A DNA stretch of 64,000 nt from Candidatus Heimdallarchaeota archaeon (GCA_011364965.1 RDOB01000002.1:545849-609848), one strand, 5' to 3'; shown: positions 45,485 to 56,615, numbered from the stretch's first letter. Notes: generated from the letters alone by a model not told the origin. Program-made: numbers and translations.

Positions 45485-47512
45485 GTGCGTTGTCTTGGAA
45501 TAGATATAGGTGGCACTTTTACTGATTTCATTGTAATAAATGACGAGGGGGAAGTATTTCTAGAGAAAATATCTTCCACTCCCAAAGATCAATCACTAGG
45601 CGTAAGAAATGGTTTAATCCAGTTAAAAAAAAATACAATAATATCAGATCTTAACATATTAGTTCATGGAACCACAGTTGCCACTAATGCAATCCTTGAA
45701 AGAAAAGGAGTTAAAACTGCTCTACTAGTTACTGAAGGGTTTTCCGATGTACTAGAAATCGGACGGCAAAATCGAAGTAAGATTTATACGTTATTTCCAG
45801 ATAGAACTGAACCATTAGTTCCAAGTAATTTACGATTTGGTATTGAGGAGCGAATTGATTCTACTGGGAAAGTTATTATTCCATTAAATCTCCTTCAATT
45901 ATCGAATATCCTAGATGAAATTGCTAAGAATGATGTGAAGTCAGTAGCTGTATCATTTCTATTTTCTTTTTTTAATTCGAATCATGAGAATAGAGTTTAT
46001 GAAGAAATTAAAAGCTTTATGCCTAATCTTCATGTTTCAACGTCAAATTGGGTTTTACCGATTTTTCGTGAATACGAGAGAACCTCAACGACCGTTTTAG
46101 ATGCTTACGTTGCTCCAATCATGCAGAGCTATTTCACTTCATTTACCGAGAAAGTTGCTACAGAAGGAATTAACATTCCACCACTTGTTTTACTATCTAC
46201 AGGTGGAGTCACTCAAATGAAAAATGCTGCTGAAAGATCCGTAGAAACAGTTCTCTCAGGTTTAGCAGGAGGGGTTTTAGGCGGTTTATATTCATGTCGA
46301 GAATTGGGGATGACTAATGCTCTAACTTTAGATATTGGAGGAACCTCAACAGATGTTGCTGCTATCTTAAAGGGACAAGTGGAAATATCCTCCAATAATG
46401 AAATAGGCACCTTACCCTTACATATTCCTGCAATTGCAGTCAGAACGATAGGAGCAGGTGGGGGCTCTATTGCTAGATTTGAACATGGAATATTGCGGGT
46501 TGGACCAGAGAGTGCAGGAGCTGATCCAGGACCTGCGTGTTATAATCTTGGAGGAAATTTACCAACTGTTACGGATGCAAATCTCGTTCAAGGTTTTTTA
46601 AACCCCAACTATTTCGCGGGAGGAACATTACCAATTTTTCCAGATTTAGCTAGAAAAGTGGTTCAGAAGTTATCTGAAGAATTAGATTTCGATTCCGTTG
46701 AACAGTGTGCTGCTGGGATTATCGAAATTTTTGAAAATAACATAGCTTTGGCTCTACGAAAAGTTTCCACTGAAAAAGGATATGATAGCAGGAATTTTGC
46801 ACTTGTTGCCTTTGGTGGCGCTGGTCCTTTAAGTTCCTGTTCATTAGCAGACCGATTGGCAATGAGCACAGTTATAATTCCTCCATATCCTGGCGTTTGG
46901 TCTGCTTACGGCTTAATTACAGCGGATATTCGCCACGATCTATCAAGTTCTTATCTTAAACCCCTACTGAAAAATGATCAAAAATCAAATCAAATTTTGG
47001 AGGAAGCTTTCTCATCTCTCGCACATCGAGGAATTCAGATGTGTGTGGACGATGGATTTGCAGAGAAAGATGTTTTAATTGCACGACAGCTTGATATCCG
47101 ATTGGAAGGACAATCACACGAGCTAAATGTCCCATATTATGGTAATCTTGTTGCAGCATCACATAATTTTGACAGAGCACACGAACTGGCTTATGGTTAT
47201 TCTTCTCCAGATGAACCACGAGAGATAGTTAACCTGAGAGTATCAGCAATGGTCCATCTGCCGAAATTTTCACTTCCTGCTTTAAAAGAAGGAAATATTG
47301 CTATTAATGATGGATTCATTGGCACTCGGGAGGTGTATCTAAGGGGGGGTTATAGGGAGGTAAATATTTATCAAAAATCCCATTTAAAAGCAAATAATGT
47401 AATAATAGGCCCCGCTATAATTGAGCAAACTGATTCCACAACTCTTGTGGATATTGGTTGGAAAGCTCGTGTGAAATTGGACGGTCATCTCTTGATTACT
47501 AAAATAAGGTAG
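45485..47512 (+). CDS. Hydantoinase A / 5-oxoprolinase subunit
   Basis: DIGGTFTD, HGTTVATN, DIGGTSTD, GPESAGADPGP, FGGAG. Confidence 0.92.
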   Translation: MRCLGIDIGGTFTDFIVINDEGEVFLEKISSTPKDQSLGVRNGLIQLKKNTIISDLNILVHGTTVATNAILERKGVKTALLVTEGFSDVLEIGRQNRSKIYTLFPDRTEPLVPSNLRFGIEERIDSTGKVIIPLNLLQLSNILDEIAKNDVKSVAVSFLFSFFNSNHENRVYEEIKSFMPNLHVSTSNWVLPIFREYERTSTTVLDAYVAPIMQSYFTSFTEKVATEGINIPPLVLLSTGGVTQMKNAAERSVETVLSGLAGGVLGGLYSCRELGMTNALTLDIGGTSTDVAAILKGQVEISSNNEIGTLPLHIPAIAVRTIGAGGGSIARFEHGILRVGPESAGADPGPACYNLGGNLPTVTDANLVQGFLNPNYFAGGTLPIFPDLARKVVQKLSEELDFDSVEQCAAGIIEIFENNIALALRKVSTEKGYDSRNFALVAFGGAGPLSSCSLADRLAMSTVIIPPYPGVWSAYGLITADIRHDLSSSYLKPLLKNDQKSNQILEEAFSSLAHRGIQMCVDDGFAEKDVLIARQLDIRLEGQSHELNVPYYGNLVAASHNFDRAHELAYGYSSPDEPREIVNLRVSAMVHLPKFSLPALKEGNIAINDGFIGTREVYLRGGYREVNIYQKSHLKANNVIIGPAIIEQTDSTTLVDIGWKARVKLDGHLLITKIR

Positions 47513-47513
47513 A

Positions 47514-49118
47514 ATGAATATGGAGACTAGGAAGTATACATCTGAAGATATTATAACTCTATCAGTAATACAGAAAGCACTTGAAAACATTGCAGAGGAG
47601 ATGGGGATAGTGTTAAGGAGAGCTTCTTTTTCTCCAAATTGTAAAGAACGCTTAGATTTCTCATGTGCAATTTTCAACAAAAATGCTGAACTAGTAGCAC
47701 AAGCTGAACACATTCCTGTTCATATAGGAGCAATGTTTTCTGCTATATCTTCAATTCTTGATGAATTTCCACTTGAGACTATAAAACCTGGAGATATTAT
47801 AATTCTAAATTCCCCATATTATGGAGGAACTCACCTTCCAGATATCACTTTCCTAATGCCTGTATTCATCGATGAACAACTCGCTTTTTTTGTTAATAAT
47901 CGTGCTCATCATGCTGATATTGGTGGTTCTGTACCTGGTTCTATGCCAGGAATTTCTTCAGAATTATATGAGGAGGGATTGATTATACCTCCAATTAAAC
48001 TGTATAATGAAGGGAAAGAAGTTACAGATGTAATGAATTTAATACTTTCTAATGTCCGAGTGAAAACAGAAAGATTAGGAGACTTTAGAGCTCAGAGAGC
48101 CGCCCTTCTCAGAGGTGAAGAGAGATTACGGGAATTAAGTCAGAAATATGGCTTAGATTTTTTACTAGATGCTGTAAATAAATTAATGAATATTTCTGAA
48201 AAGTCATTTCAAGAGGAATTGAATAAGATCCCCGATGGGACGTACCAATATGAGGATTTTCTTGATTCAAATGGAATCACTTCAGATCTAGTGAAAATAT
48301 GTGTTAAGATAACAAAAACATTTAATAAAATTTTAATATCATTTAATGGTACAGATCCCGTTCAAGAAGGCAATGTTAATGCTCCACACAGTGTTGTTTA
48401 TTCCTGTGTATATTTTGTGTTTCGAGCATTAACTGATTCCTCCATAATGACAAATGCAGGTTTATTTAGAAATATCGAAATTGAAATACCTGAGAATAGC
48501 ATGTTGAATCCTCAAAATCCGTCTGCAGTTTCATCGGGCAATGTTGAAACTTCCCAAAGATTGGTAGATGTAATATTAGGTGCTTTGGCTCAATCATTGA
48601 ATCAAATACCAGCAGCATCACAAGGAACAATGAATAATGTAACAATCGGTTCAAAAAAGGCAAAAAATGCCTTTACTTATTATGAAACCATTGGAGGTGG
48701 AGCAGGAGCATCGGGTGTTAAGAACGGAACATCAGCTATTCATTCACATATGACTAATACTTTAAATACACCTATTGAAGCATTAGAGCTTACTTATCCA
48801 CTTCGAGTTAAAGAATATTCTATAAGGAAAAATTCTGGTGGAGAAGGTCGTTATAAAGGGGGTAATGGAATTATTCGGGCAATCGAATGTTTAGTGGATT
48901 CGATAGTATCTTTACAATCCGAAAGACGAACAAAACCTCCGTATGGTCTCCATGGGGGAAAACCAGGCAAAACTGGAGAAAATTTCAAGATAAATATCAA
49001 GGGAGAAGTTCAAAAACTACCTGGTAGAGCGACTGTTGAGTTCTATGCTGGTGAAACTCTCGTTGTGAAAACTCCTGGTGGCGGGGGGTATAAATTGAGT
49101 GAAAATTCTGCTGATTGA
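47514..49118 (+). CDS. Hydantoinase B / 5-oxoprolinase subunit
   Basis: ERLDFSCA, HIPVH, GGTHLPD, HHADIGG, TPGGGGY. Confidence 0.92.
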   Translation: MNMETRKYTSEDIITLSVIQKALENIAEEMGIVLRRASFSPNCKERLDFSCAIFNKNAELVAQAEHIPVHIGAMFSAISSILDEFPLETIKPGDIIILNSPYYGGTHLPDITFLMPVFIDEQLAFFVNNRAHHADIGGSVPGSMPGISSELYEEGLIIPPIKLYNEGKEVTDVMNLILSNVRVKTERLGDFRAQRAALLRGEERLRELSQKYGLDFLLDAVNKLMNISEKSFQEELNKIPDGTYQYEDFLDSNGITSDLVKICVKITKTFNKILISFNGTDPVQEGNVNAPHSVVYSCVYFVFRALTDSSIMTNAGLFRNIEIEIPENSMLNPQNPSAVSSGNVETSQRLVDVILGALAQSLNQIPAASQGTMNNVTIGSKKAKNAFTYYETIGGGAGASGVKNGTSAIHSHMTNTLNTPIEALELTYPLRVKEYSIRKNSGGEGRYKGGNGIIRAIECLVDSIVSLQSERRTKPPYGLHGGKPGKTGENFKINIKGEVQKLPGRATVEFYAGETLVVKTPGGGGYKLSENSAD

Positions 49119-50521
49119 AATTGAAAATTACCAATTATTCAAGATTAACACAATTTCCTCAATCTAAAGGAAGAAAGCTACTTTTAAATCTATTCGAAAT
49201 CGGTGTTAATGCTGTAGATCCTTATTTATCTGTTCTTAAGAATGTCGAGGTAAATCAAGAAAGAGAACAATTAAGAATCAATCAAGACTTATATTCAATT
49301 CAGAACCGAAAAGTATGGGTAATAGGCGCAGGGAAGGCAGTTGGAAGAATGGCTGAAGCAATTGAAAAAATTTTTTTCAAAAAGTCTTTATCTGGGATTA
49401 TATGTGTACCGGAGGGGCTAAAGAAGGAAATTAAAACTACTAAAGTTAAAGTTTACGAATCTACTCACCCTTTACCATCATCTATAAATGTTCAAAACAC
49501 CAAAAAGATTTTTGAAATGCTTAAACAGGTTAAATCAGAAGATTTAGTTATTGTGCTGATTAGCGGAGGTGGCTCTGCTATTTGGGCAGCTCCAATTCCT
49601 CCAATAACCATTTCTGAATTTGTTGAACTTAATAAATTACTTATACATTCAGGTATGACAATTCAGGAGATAAATACTGTTAGAAAACATGTTTCATTAA
49701 TAAAAGGTGGAAAATTGGCAAGAAGAATCCCTTGTGAAACAATAACCTTTGTTTTGTCAGATGTAATTGGTGATTCATTAGAAAATATTGCATCTGGACC
49801 AGTATCTCCTGACTCCACTACTTTTACAGAAACTAAAAATATATTAAAAAAATATGATCTATGGTTTGATGCTATACCAGAATCTATTAAGACTATTATA
49901 AGAAAAGGGGCGAATGGACAAATTGAGGAAACCCCGAAACCAACAGATGATATATTTAGGAATAAGAAGGGATATATTGTCGGTTCAAATAAAATTGCGT
50001 GTGACGCAATTATTAACGAATGTAATAAGCGACAAATCGATAATTTATTTTTAACGGATAAAATCGAAGGAGATGCGCGATGGATTGGAAAAATCTTTGC
50101 TAGAATTGCTATTGGACTAATAAAAGGAAAATCTAACCCATTCCTCATCATTAGTGGAGGAGAACCCACAATGATGATTAAAGGCACTGGAAAAGGAGGA
50201 AGAAATCAGGAAGTAGCTGTTGCATTCTTACAGGAGTTATCAAAAATAGATTATACTTCAGATATCACTTTTCTTTCTGCAGGAACTGATGGTATTGATG
50301 GAAATTCTCCTTATGCTGGAGCTATTATTGATAGAAATATTTTAGAAGCTCTTTTGACCAGAAAATTGAATATACAGCAATATCAAGAAATGAATAATAC
50401 TTCAAGTCTTCTTTCTGAATTAGACGAATCTTTGATAGAAACAGGACCAACGGGAACTAATGTGATGGATATACATCTGATCATTTTGAATTCTGATCAA
50501 ATAGAAAATAATAAATTATAA
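49115..50521 (+). CDS. Glycerate 2-kinase (MOFRL family)
   Basis: GAGKA, ISGGGSA, SDVIGD, GGRNQE, GTDGIDG, TGTNVMD. Confidence 0.9.
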   Translation: MKLKITNYSRLTQFPQSKGRKLLLNLFEIGVNAVDPYLSVLKNVEVNQEREQLRINQDLYSIQNRKVWVIGAGKAVGRMAEAIEKIFFKKSLSGIICVPEGLKKEIKTTKVKVYESTHPLPSSINVQNTKKIFEMLKQVKSEDLVIVLISGGGSAIWAAPIPPITISEFVELNKLLIHSGMTIQEINTVRKHVSLIKGGKLARRIPCETITFVLSDVIGDSLENIASGPVSPDSTTFTETKNILKKYDLWFDAIPESIKTIIRKGANGQIEETPKPTDDIFRNKKGYIVGSNKIACDAIINECNKRQIDNLFLTDKIEGDARWIGKIFARIAIGLIKGKSNPFLIISGGEPTMMIKGTGKGGRNQEVAVAFLQELSKIDYTSDITFLSAGTDGIDGNSPYAGAIIDRNILEALLTRKLNIQQYQEMNNTSSLLSELDESLIETGPTGTNVMDIHLIILNSDQIENNKL

Positions 50522-50604
50522 TCCATATATCAAAATATATCAAAAGTATTATGAAAACATATAAGAAAAAGTACTAAATAATATATTAAATAAGGTGAAG
50601 AAAT

Positions 50605-51318
50605 TTGGAACTCCAAAAAACTGGCCTTCCTGGATTGGATAAATTACTTAATGGGGGTATTCCCAAAGGTTGGACATGTATCGTATCAGGTGAACCTGGC
50701 GCAGGAAAGACATGTTTATCCGTCGGATTTTTGGTTGAAGGCATTAAAAAATTCAATGAACCGGGGATATTTGTCAGTTTTAATGAAGCGAAAAAAGAAT
50801 TGTATATGACTCAGGAATCTTTTGGTTACAATTTGAATGAGCTGGAAAAGGAAGATAAGTTTTTATTTCTTGATTTTTCTTATGGAAGGGCTTTGGGGCA
50901 AGGTCAATTTGCACTTCAGCAAAAAAAATTTGATTTACCTGCACTCACGAAAGCATTAAAAGATGCAATAAACAAGATAGATGCGAAACGTCTCGTGATT
51001 GATCCTTTGACAATAATATCGCTTCTCTTTGATAATGAACGGGAAATTCGTTATAATTTTCTTCGATTCTTTGATATTATCCGTCGTTTTGGTGTTACGA
51101 CAATAGCAATTGTAGAGAAAGGAGTAAACTCTTATAGCGTTGAAGAATTCTTAGCTTCAGGTATCATTAGACTTTATAACGAAAGATCAGGAGCAAAAAG
51201 GCAAAGAGGGATTGAAGTGGTGAAAATGCGTGGAGTAAATCATAAACGAGGTGTATTTCCACTATCAATTACAGGAAAAGGAGTGGTAATCTCTCCTGAT
51301 GTAGAAATGCCCTCATAA
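50605..51318 (+). CDS. Single-domain KaiC-like ATPase
   Basis: TGLPGLD, GEPGAGKT, RLVIDP, EEFLASG, VVKMRG. Confidence 0.88.
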   Translation: MELQKTGLPGLDKLLNGGIPKGWTCIVSGEPGAGKTCLSVGFLVEGIKKFNEPGIFVSFNEAKKELYMTQESFGYNLNELEKEDKFLFLDFSYGRALGQGQFALQQKKFDLPALTKALKDAINKIDAKRLVIDPLTIISLLFDNEREIRYNFLRFFDIIRRFGVTTIAIVEKGVNSYSVEEFLASGIIRLYNERSGAKRQRGIEVVKMRGVNHKRGVFPLSITGKGVVISPDVEMPS

Positions 51319-51428
51319 TGTTTATCTGAATGATATTATATAATATTGAAGATCACATAGTGAGTAATGGAACTTCCTTCCCACTCTAAATAAATCCATA
51401 GGACGTGAAATTTGGAAATTGCGTCCAA

Positions 51429-51569
51429 TTACTCTTCCTTTGGTCCAGTAGGAATTTTTCCTTCCAATTTTTTCTTAGCATCCTCAATGGAATGATAACC
51501 ATCTTCTGATGTTTTTTTTAACAATTCTTTCTTCAAATCATCTGGTATCTTCTTTTCTTCGTCAGTCAT
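51429..51569 (-). CDS. Small charged protein (46 aa), missed by the ORF track
   Basis: MTDEEKKIPDDLKKELLKKTSEDGYHSIEDAKKKLEGKIPTGPKEE*; SD GAGGA upstream. Confidence 0.55.
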   Translation of the reverse strand: MTDEEKKIPDDLKKELLKKTSEDGYHSIEDAKKKLEGKIPTGPKEE

Positions 51570-51795
51570 TCTAGTTTCCTCAATTTTATATGAGCAGAAA
51601 TTGTGGTAATTTCTTTAATCTAACCTAATACATCTCTCCCCCTTAATATATATTTTTTTATTATTTGTTTATAATGAAAACGAATCCAGATCTTTTTGAC
51701 TTATTACTCACAATAAAATTGAGTAATATATAATAACAATTTTTTGTCGGATCGAGATTAGGTAAGCTCCTTCCTTCTTAAAAAGAGGAATAAAT

Positions 51796-52830
51796 GTGAC
51801 TACTCGAATTATCATAGAATCGTCCTTTCTTAGTGAAATTCCCCCTAAACCCGGTTTATATAGATTATATGATACAAATAATGAATTACTTTACATAGGA
51901 GCATCATCGAATCTTCAAAATCGAATAAAACAACATTTCTCCCATAATAGTACTAAGGAACGAAAACGAGGGGTAATTAGGCAATATACGAGCTATCTAG
52001 AATTTGAAAGTTATGATTCGGTTGAGAGGGCATTTGAGGAGGAACGTATCGAGATTTGGACGAAGCAGCCTCCTTATAATAAACGTGGGATTACAGATCT
52101 GAGTTATTCCTTCATTATTTTTCGCAAAAAAGGACAAATAAAAACTCTATGCTTATCTAATAGAGAAGCGGATAAATTAGATCAGGATGACGAATTTTTC
52201 AGAATGAATATGTCAAAAAAATATGTTTTAGACGCTTTAAATTCGATTAGAAAATATTATCCATTTTGTTTTCCCTCATCTACCACGAAATGTTGGGATC
52301 ATTTAATTGGTCTGTGTTATGGATCATGTATGCAAGATGACCTTGATCAGAGTACTTATTGGAAAAATTCTCTAAATTTAATGGACGCAATTTCAGGTAA
52401 AAATAATGCATTAGTTAACGAAATTCATGATGAGTTGACAAGCTTGATCATTAAAATGGAGTTTGAAAAAGCTCAAAAAATATCTAATGCTTTGGAATCG
52501 TTAAAAACTCTTAGATTGAAATATGGAGGACAAGGTGTAATAAGAGACCTTGATATATTTGAATTTAAGAAGAAAAATGATATATGGGTTGTGAAAATTC
52601 ATTTTCTTCGTAAAACATCCCTTATTAAAGAGGAATTGATGGTTATTAAAGGTACAGAGAGAGATGAAGCGGAATCTTATACCTTTCTCAAATTTTTATT
52701 GAAATTTTATCGTTTTACTGGTTTTCCTCCAATCAAAATTAAAATAAAAAATTATTTTCCTTCCCCCTATTATCATATTTTAAAGAATTGGTTCCAACAT
52801 TATTTTGGGGTTCCAATCATCATCATCTAA
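51796..52830 (+). CDS. GIY-YIG nuclease, UvrC N-terminal half (Cho-like)
   Basis: PGLY..LYIGASSNLQNRIKQHF, QPPYN, Cys cluster, UVR-like MEFEKAQ; lacks RNase H and HhH C-terminus. Confidence 0.8.
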   Translation: MTTRIIIESSFLSEIPPKPGLYRLYDTNNELLYIGASSNLQNRIKQHFSHNSTKERKRGVIRQYTSYLEFESYDSVERAFEEERIEIWTKQPPYNKRGITDLSYSFIIFRKKGQIKTLCLSNREADKLDQDDEFFRMNMSKKYVLDALNSIRKYYPFCFPSSTTKCWDHLIGLCYGSCMQDDLDQSTYWKNSLNLMDAISGKNNALVNEIHDELTSLIIKMEFEKAQKISNALESLKTLRLKYGGQGVIRDLDIFEFKKKNDIWVVKIHFLRKTSLIKEELMVIKGTERDEAESYTFLKFLLKFYRFTGFPPIKIKIKNYFPSPYYHILKNWFQHYFGVPIIII

Positions 52831-52831
52831 T

Positions 52832-54733
52832 TTATTTGCCCTCAAAAAATGATGGGAGAAGCACATTGGCACCAAATTTGGCTTTCGCTTCCAAAAGGCG
52901 TTTCTTTTGATTATTCAATTCGTTGAAGAACTCCTGTGGCATAGAAGCTTCTCCAGTATAGGCTTCTTCAACTCTATCCATTTTAGCAAGATATTTTTCA
53001 ATACGAATTGCGAATTCATTCTCGTACCGTATTTTTGTATAATCACTTTGGAAAACGTGTTTGAATAGGTCTTTAATATCTTCATAACGCGGGATGTAGC
53101 CGATTGGAGTCATATATGCGTCAAAATCACCATGAATCCTTCCTTCGGCCCACAATAACCAAATTTTTTTATCGACTTTGTCATCATAGTATTTACCCGC
53201 TGAATTTTTTAGGAAATAATTTGTACCAAAAACCTTGGGAACTCTTGAACATTGAATTCCAAAATCAATATGGTGTTTGATATAATTACCCAAAGGAACA
53301 ACAATGAAATCCAAATTAGCAAAAGGATTAAATTTTCGTACTCCTTCCGCTCCTAATGTCGCAAAAGTAGTCTCCGATTCAAGAGTTGCTCCTATAAAAA
53401 CCCCATGATTCCATGATAATGCCTCTACTATCGGAACAGACGTATCTGAATCTCTTCCGCCATATAGGATTGCATGAAATTCCAACCCAATCGGATCTTC
53501 CAGTGCCTCCATATCAGTATTCTCAATATCGCGAAGATGGACAGTAAAACGGGCGTTTCCATGCGAAAGAAGTAATTCTTTCCCAGTTTTCGGATCTGTT
53601 TTTCCTTCATGCCATTCTCCATAAATTGAACTAGTCCAGTTGACACCATGATTAGGAGTATCAATTCCCATGCCTAGCCAGTAAGGTTTACCCTCATGGA
53701 TCAAAACATTTGAAAAAATTATTTCCATAGGTTCATTAAGAGTTTTATAAATTAATGGGTCGTCTATCGCATTTACATCTTGAATGATACCAAAAATGCC
53801 CACTTCGATATTAACAGCTTTTGGGATCCCATCAATTATACGTAAATAGGCAATATCATCACCGACAATCTGATTTCCAGGAATCATTGCTGTACTTGTT
53901 TTTCCACAGGCTGATGGAAAAGCACCAAGGAAATATGTCTTTCTATCTCGTTTTAATGGTATGGTAGCAGCTATATACATATGTTCAGCCCAAAAATCTC
54001 TATCCCTTTCAACAGCTTTATTCACAGCTAATCTAAGAGCCAGTTTTTTTAATCCAATACTATTCCCAGCATATTGATTATTTACACTAAGAACTCTGTC
54101 TTCTTCCAGATCGATGTAAATTCTTCTATCTTTAACATTTTTCGTAACCTGCTTATCTGTGAGTTCACCAGCAGAATGGATAAAATAGAAAAAATCTGGT
54201 GACCCTTTCAATCGTTTGAACTCCTCGTAACCAGATCTATAAAGTAAATCTTCTGAATGGGCAACGTAAGCACTGTCTGTAAGTTGAAGGGCTGGGATTG
54301 AGAAAAGAGAATTAGTTGGACCGAGGCAATAGAAGCGGATTAAGCATTCTTTTCCCTTCATTGAGCCATCAAAAATCCCCATGATATCTTCAAGGCCTTC
54401 TTCACGTTCTTTTTGATTTATGTGCTTGCCTAGGGTTTTTCCCTTGGGAAGGAGGACGCAAGTGTTTTCTTTATCTCGAGCTTGGTCAAAATACCCATCA
54501 AAATGTATAGTATGACCCTCCATCTCTAATTTGGCTTCTTCTTTATTTAAAAGAGCTAAATTTCGAATATAATCTATATCTTCAGTAGAATCCGTGATTA
54601 CTGTTACTTTCGATGGTTTACAAAGTTTCACGAACTCTTCAATGATTTTTTCGGCCTTGGGGTTATTAATCGCTTCAATCTTAACACGATTTTCTTCATC
54701 AAGAATTTTAGGATCAAGATCCATTTTTTCCAC
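52832..54733 (-). CDS. pckG: Phosphoenolpyruvate carboxykinase (GTP)
   Basis: AEHM, AFPSACGKT, VGDDIA, HGNARF, YGGRD. Confidence 0.93.
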   Translation of the reverse strand: MEKMDLDPKILDEENRVKIEAINNPKAEKIIEEFVKLCKPSKVTVITDSTEDIDYIRNLALLNKEEAKLEMEGHTIHFDGYFDQARDKENTCVLLPKGKTLGKHINQKEREEGLEDIMGIFDGSMKGKECLIRFYCLGPTNSLFSIPALQLTDSAYVAHSEDLLYRSGYEEFKRLKGSPDFFYFIHSAGELTDKQVTKNVKDRRIYIDLEEDRVLSVNNQYAGNSIGLKKLALRLAVNKAVERDRDFWAEHMYIAATIPLKRDRKTYFLGAFPSACGKTSTAMIPGNQIVGDDIAYLRIIDGIPKAVNIEVGIFGIIQDVNAIDDPLIYKTLNEPMEIIFSNVLIHEGKPYWLGMGIDTPNHGVNWTSSIYGEWHEGKTDPKTGKELLLSHGNARFTVHLRDIENTDMEALEDPIGLEFHAILYGGRDSDTSVPIVEALSWNHGVFIGATLESETTFATLGAEGVRKFNPFANLDFIVVPLGNYIKHHIDFGIQCSRVPKVFGTNYFLKNSAGKYYDDKVDKKIWLLWAEGRIHGDFDAYMTPIGYIPRYEDIKDLFKHVFQSDYTKIRYENEFAIRIEKYLAKMDRVEEAYTGEASMPQEFFNELNNQKKRLLEAKAKFGANVLLPSFFEGK

Positions 54734-54927
54734 CTTATTCTGCTGGTTTTATGGATAAATTTTCGCTGGTTCTCTCTTTAATTAGCATATTACAACATTA
54801 AATCATGATTTATTAGCTAATTCAAGATTGGAGTGAGTAAGGGCAAAATTCAATGAGTTCTTAAATTTCATGGATTGTATGGAATTCATTAAAAATGAAA
54901 TTTATTACAAGTAAATGTGATCTACTA

Positions 54928-55665
54928 TCATTTATTTATGAAAGAATAAATTAATCTTTCTTTGTTTTTCCCTTTATTTTTCATCTCGATAAATTTAACA
55001 AATCCGATCTCAGAAGTATTACGTACATGGGTTCCTCCGCATGCTGCCCAATCATAACCCTCCACTTCCACAATGCGGAAATCAATTACAGATTTCGGCA
55101 CCATTTCAAGATATTTGGTTTGGTACTTTTTTGATTGTAAAAATGCGATAGCTTTTTCACGGGGAAGAAAATTAATGCAAACTGGAAGATTCTGGGAAAA
55201 TATCTTATTAATTTCAATGTTTATTTCTTGTAGTTCTAATTCAGACATTTTATCGATGGGATGAAAGTCTAATCTGCTTTGATTTTGTCTTATTTGAGTA
55301 CTGACTGTTTCAGCATTAAGCTCAATCTGAAAATACCTACTAATTACATGTTGAGCTGTGTGTGCTTTCATATATTGATAACGAAGATTCCAATCTAGTT
55401 TCCCATGAATTTTGGTTCCTTTTTCGAGCCCAATTGTATTATTCAACAAATGTATTATGTTTTCCTTCGCTTGTTTAGTGTCTTTAACCTCATAAGCTGT
55501 ATTTCCAGCGTAAAATGTCCCCTGATCCCCTGGTTGACCCCCGCTTTCTGGAAAAAAGACTGTTTGAGTTAAAATCACAGAATTATTGGGAAAATCAGTG
55601 ACATCAATAATTTCTGCGTCAAATTCCTGAATATAACAATCATGTAAATATAGTCTATCGGTCAA
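54928..55665 (-). CDS. alaX: Free-standing alanyl-tRNA editing protein AlaX
   Basis: FPESGGQPGD, HTAQH, CGGTHV. Confidence 0.9.
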   Translation of the reverse strand: MTDRLYLHDCYIQEFDAEIIDVTDFPNNSVILTQTVFFPESGGQPGDQGTFYAGNTAYEVKDTKQAKENIIHLLNNTIGLEKGTKIHGKLDWNLRYQYMKAHTAQHVISRYFQIELNAETVSTQIRQNQSRLDFHPIDKMSELELQEINIEINKIFSQNLPVCINFLPREKAIAFLQSKKYQTKYLEMVPKSVIDFRIVEVEGYDWAACGGTHVRNTSEIGFVKFIEMKNKGKNKERLIYSFINK

Positions 55666-55682
55666 ATTGATCCCTGTTTGAT

Positions 55683-56066
55683 TTATTTTGAGGCTTCTCG
55701 ATTTTCCTGTTCTAAGAATTTGTCTAGAGGAACTACACGTTTATGATGTAGAATTTTCTTTTTAACAATCTCTGTTGCTAGTTCTTCTCTTTCTTTCAAT
55801 GTTTTTTCAGGAAATCTTTCTCGGATGCTAATTCTTGCATCATTATACCATTGAGCTACTGTTTTTTCCTCTAAGGAAGGAGGGAAATATATTTTATGAG
55901 ATTTCCGATATGCACGTAATTTATCGTCAAAATGATGTTCAATCAATTTCATCTGATTTTCTTTTGATTCATGTGGATAGGCTAGTTTTACATTCGTTTC
56001 AGCCTCCTTCCACCATTTGACTAAATCTAACGGATCTAGTTCGATGTTGTATCTTCGCCTATTCAT
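55683..56066 (-). CDS. Hypothetical protein with two internal helical repeats
   Basis: LVKWWKEAETNVKLAYPHES.. and VAQWYNDARISIRERFPEKT.. Confidence 0.65.
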   Translation of the reverse strand: MNRRRYNIELDPLDLVKWWKEAETNVKLAYPHESKENQMKLIEHHFDDKLRAYRKSHKIYFPPSLEEKTVAQWYNDARISIRERFPEKTLKEREELATEIVKKKILHHKRVVPLDKFLEQENREASK

Positions 56067-56615
56067 GACGTCAAAATGTATAATGCAATTCTATAAATCT
56101 TTTCCCCTATGGAAATGGAACTTCGGTTTGCCAGAGATCAGGTTCAAACCAAAGTCATTTTTCCTACTATAATGGAGTTATAGACCATGTGGGATCACCA
56201 AATATATAACTAGTACATTTTCTGCATTCTTGTCTTCTTTAAATATGATAAACTCTATAAAACTCTTTTCAAATATCTTATTGTCTCCAGTTCAAGACTA
56301 TTTGGAAAAAAATTGCTTTCTATTGTCGAGGTAAATAGGATGGATCACAAAATTTGATGATAAACCTCGTGAGTGATCAGTTAAGTAAATTTATGCAGCT
56401 ACTAAAATACCAAACTTCTGGAAAAAGAAAAAACTCCAATTTTTCAATTAAAACTTTATTAGAGTTGGAGGAGGTTATATTGAATTTTAGAGAAACTCTT
56501 AAAATTTCCTTTTTTTAAAATAGAAATCTATAAAAAAGGATTTTTCTCACTCTTCGGCTATTGGATTATCTTCTTTATGGAGGAAATACCAGCTTTATTT
56601 AAAATGGGGATCTTT

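Noticed and set aside
56067-56576. Gene remnant or ncRNA in the 500-bp gap
   Set aside because: Only short broken minus-strand frames are present, with no recognisable motif or convincing structure.
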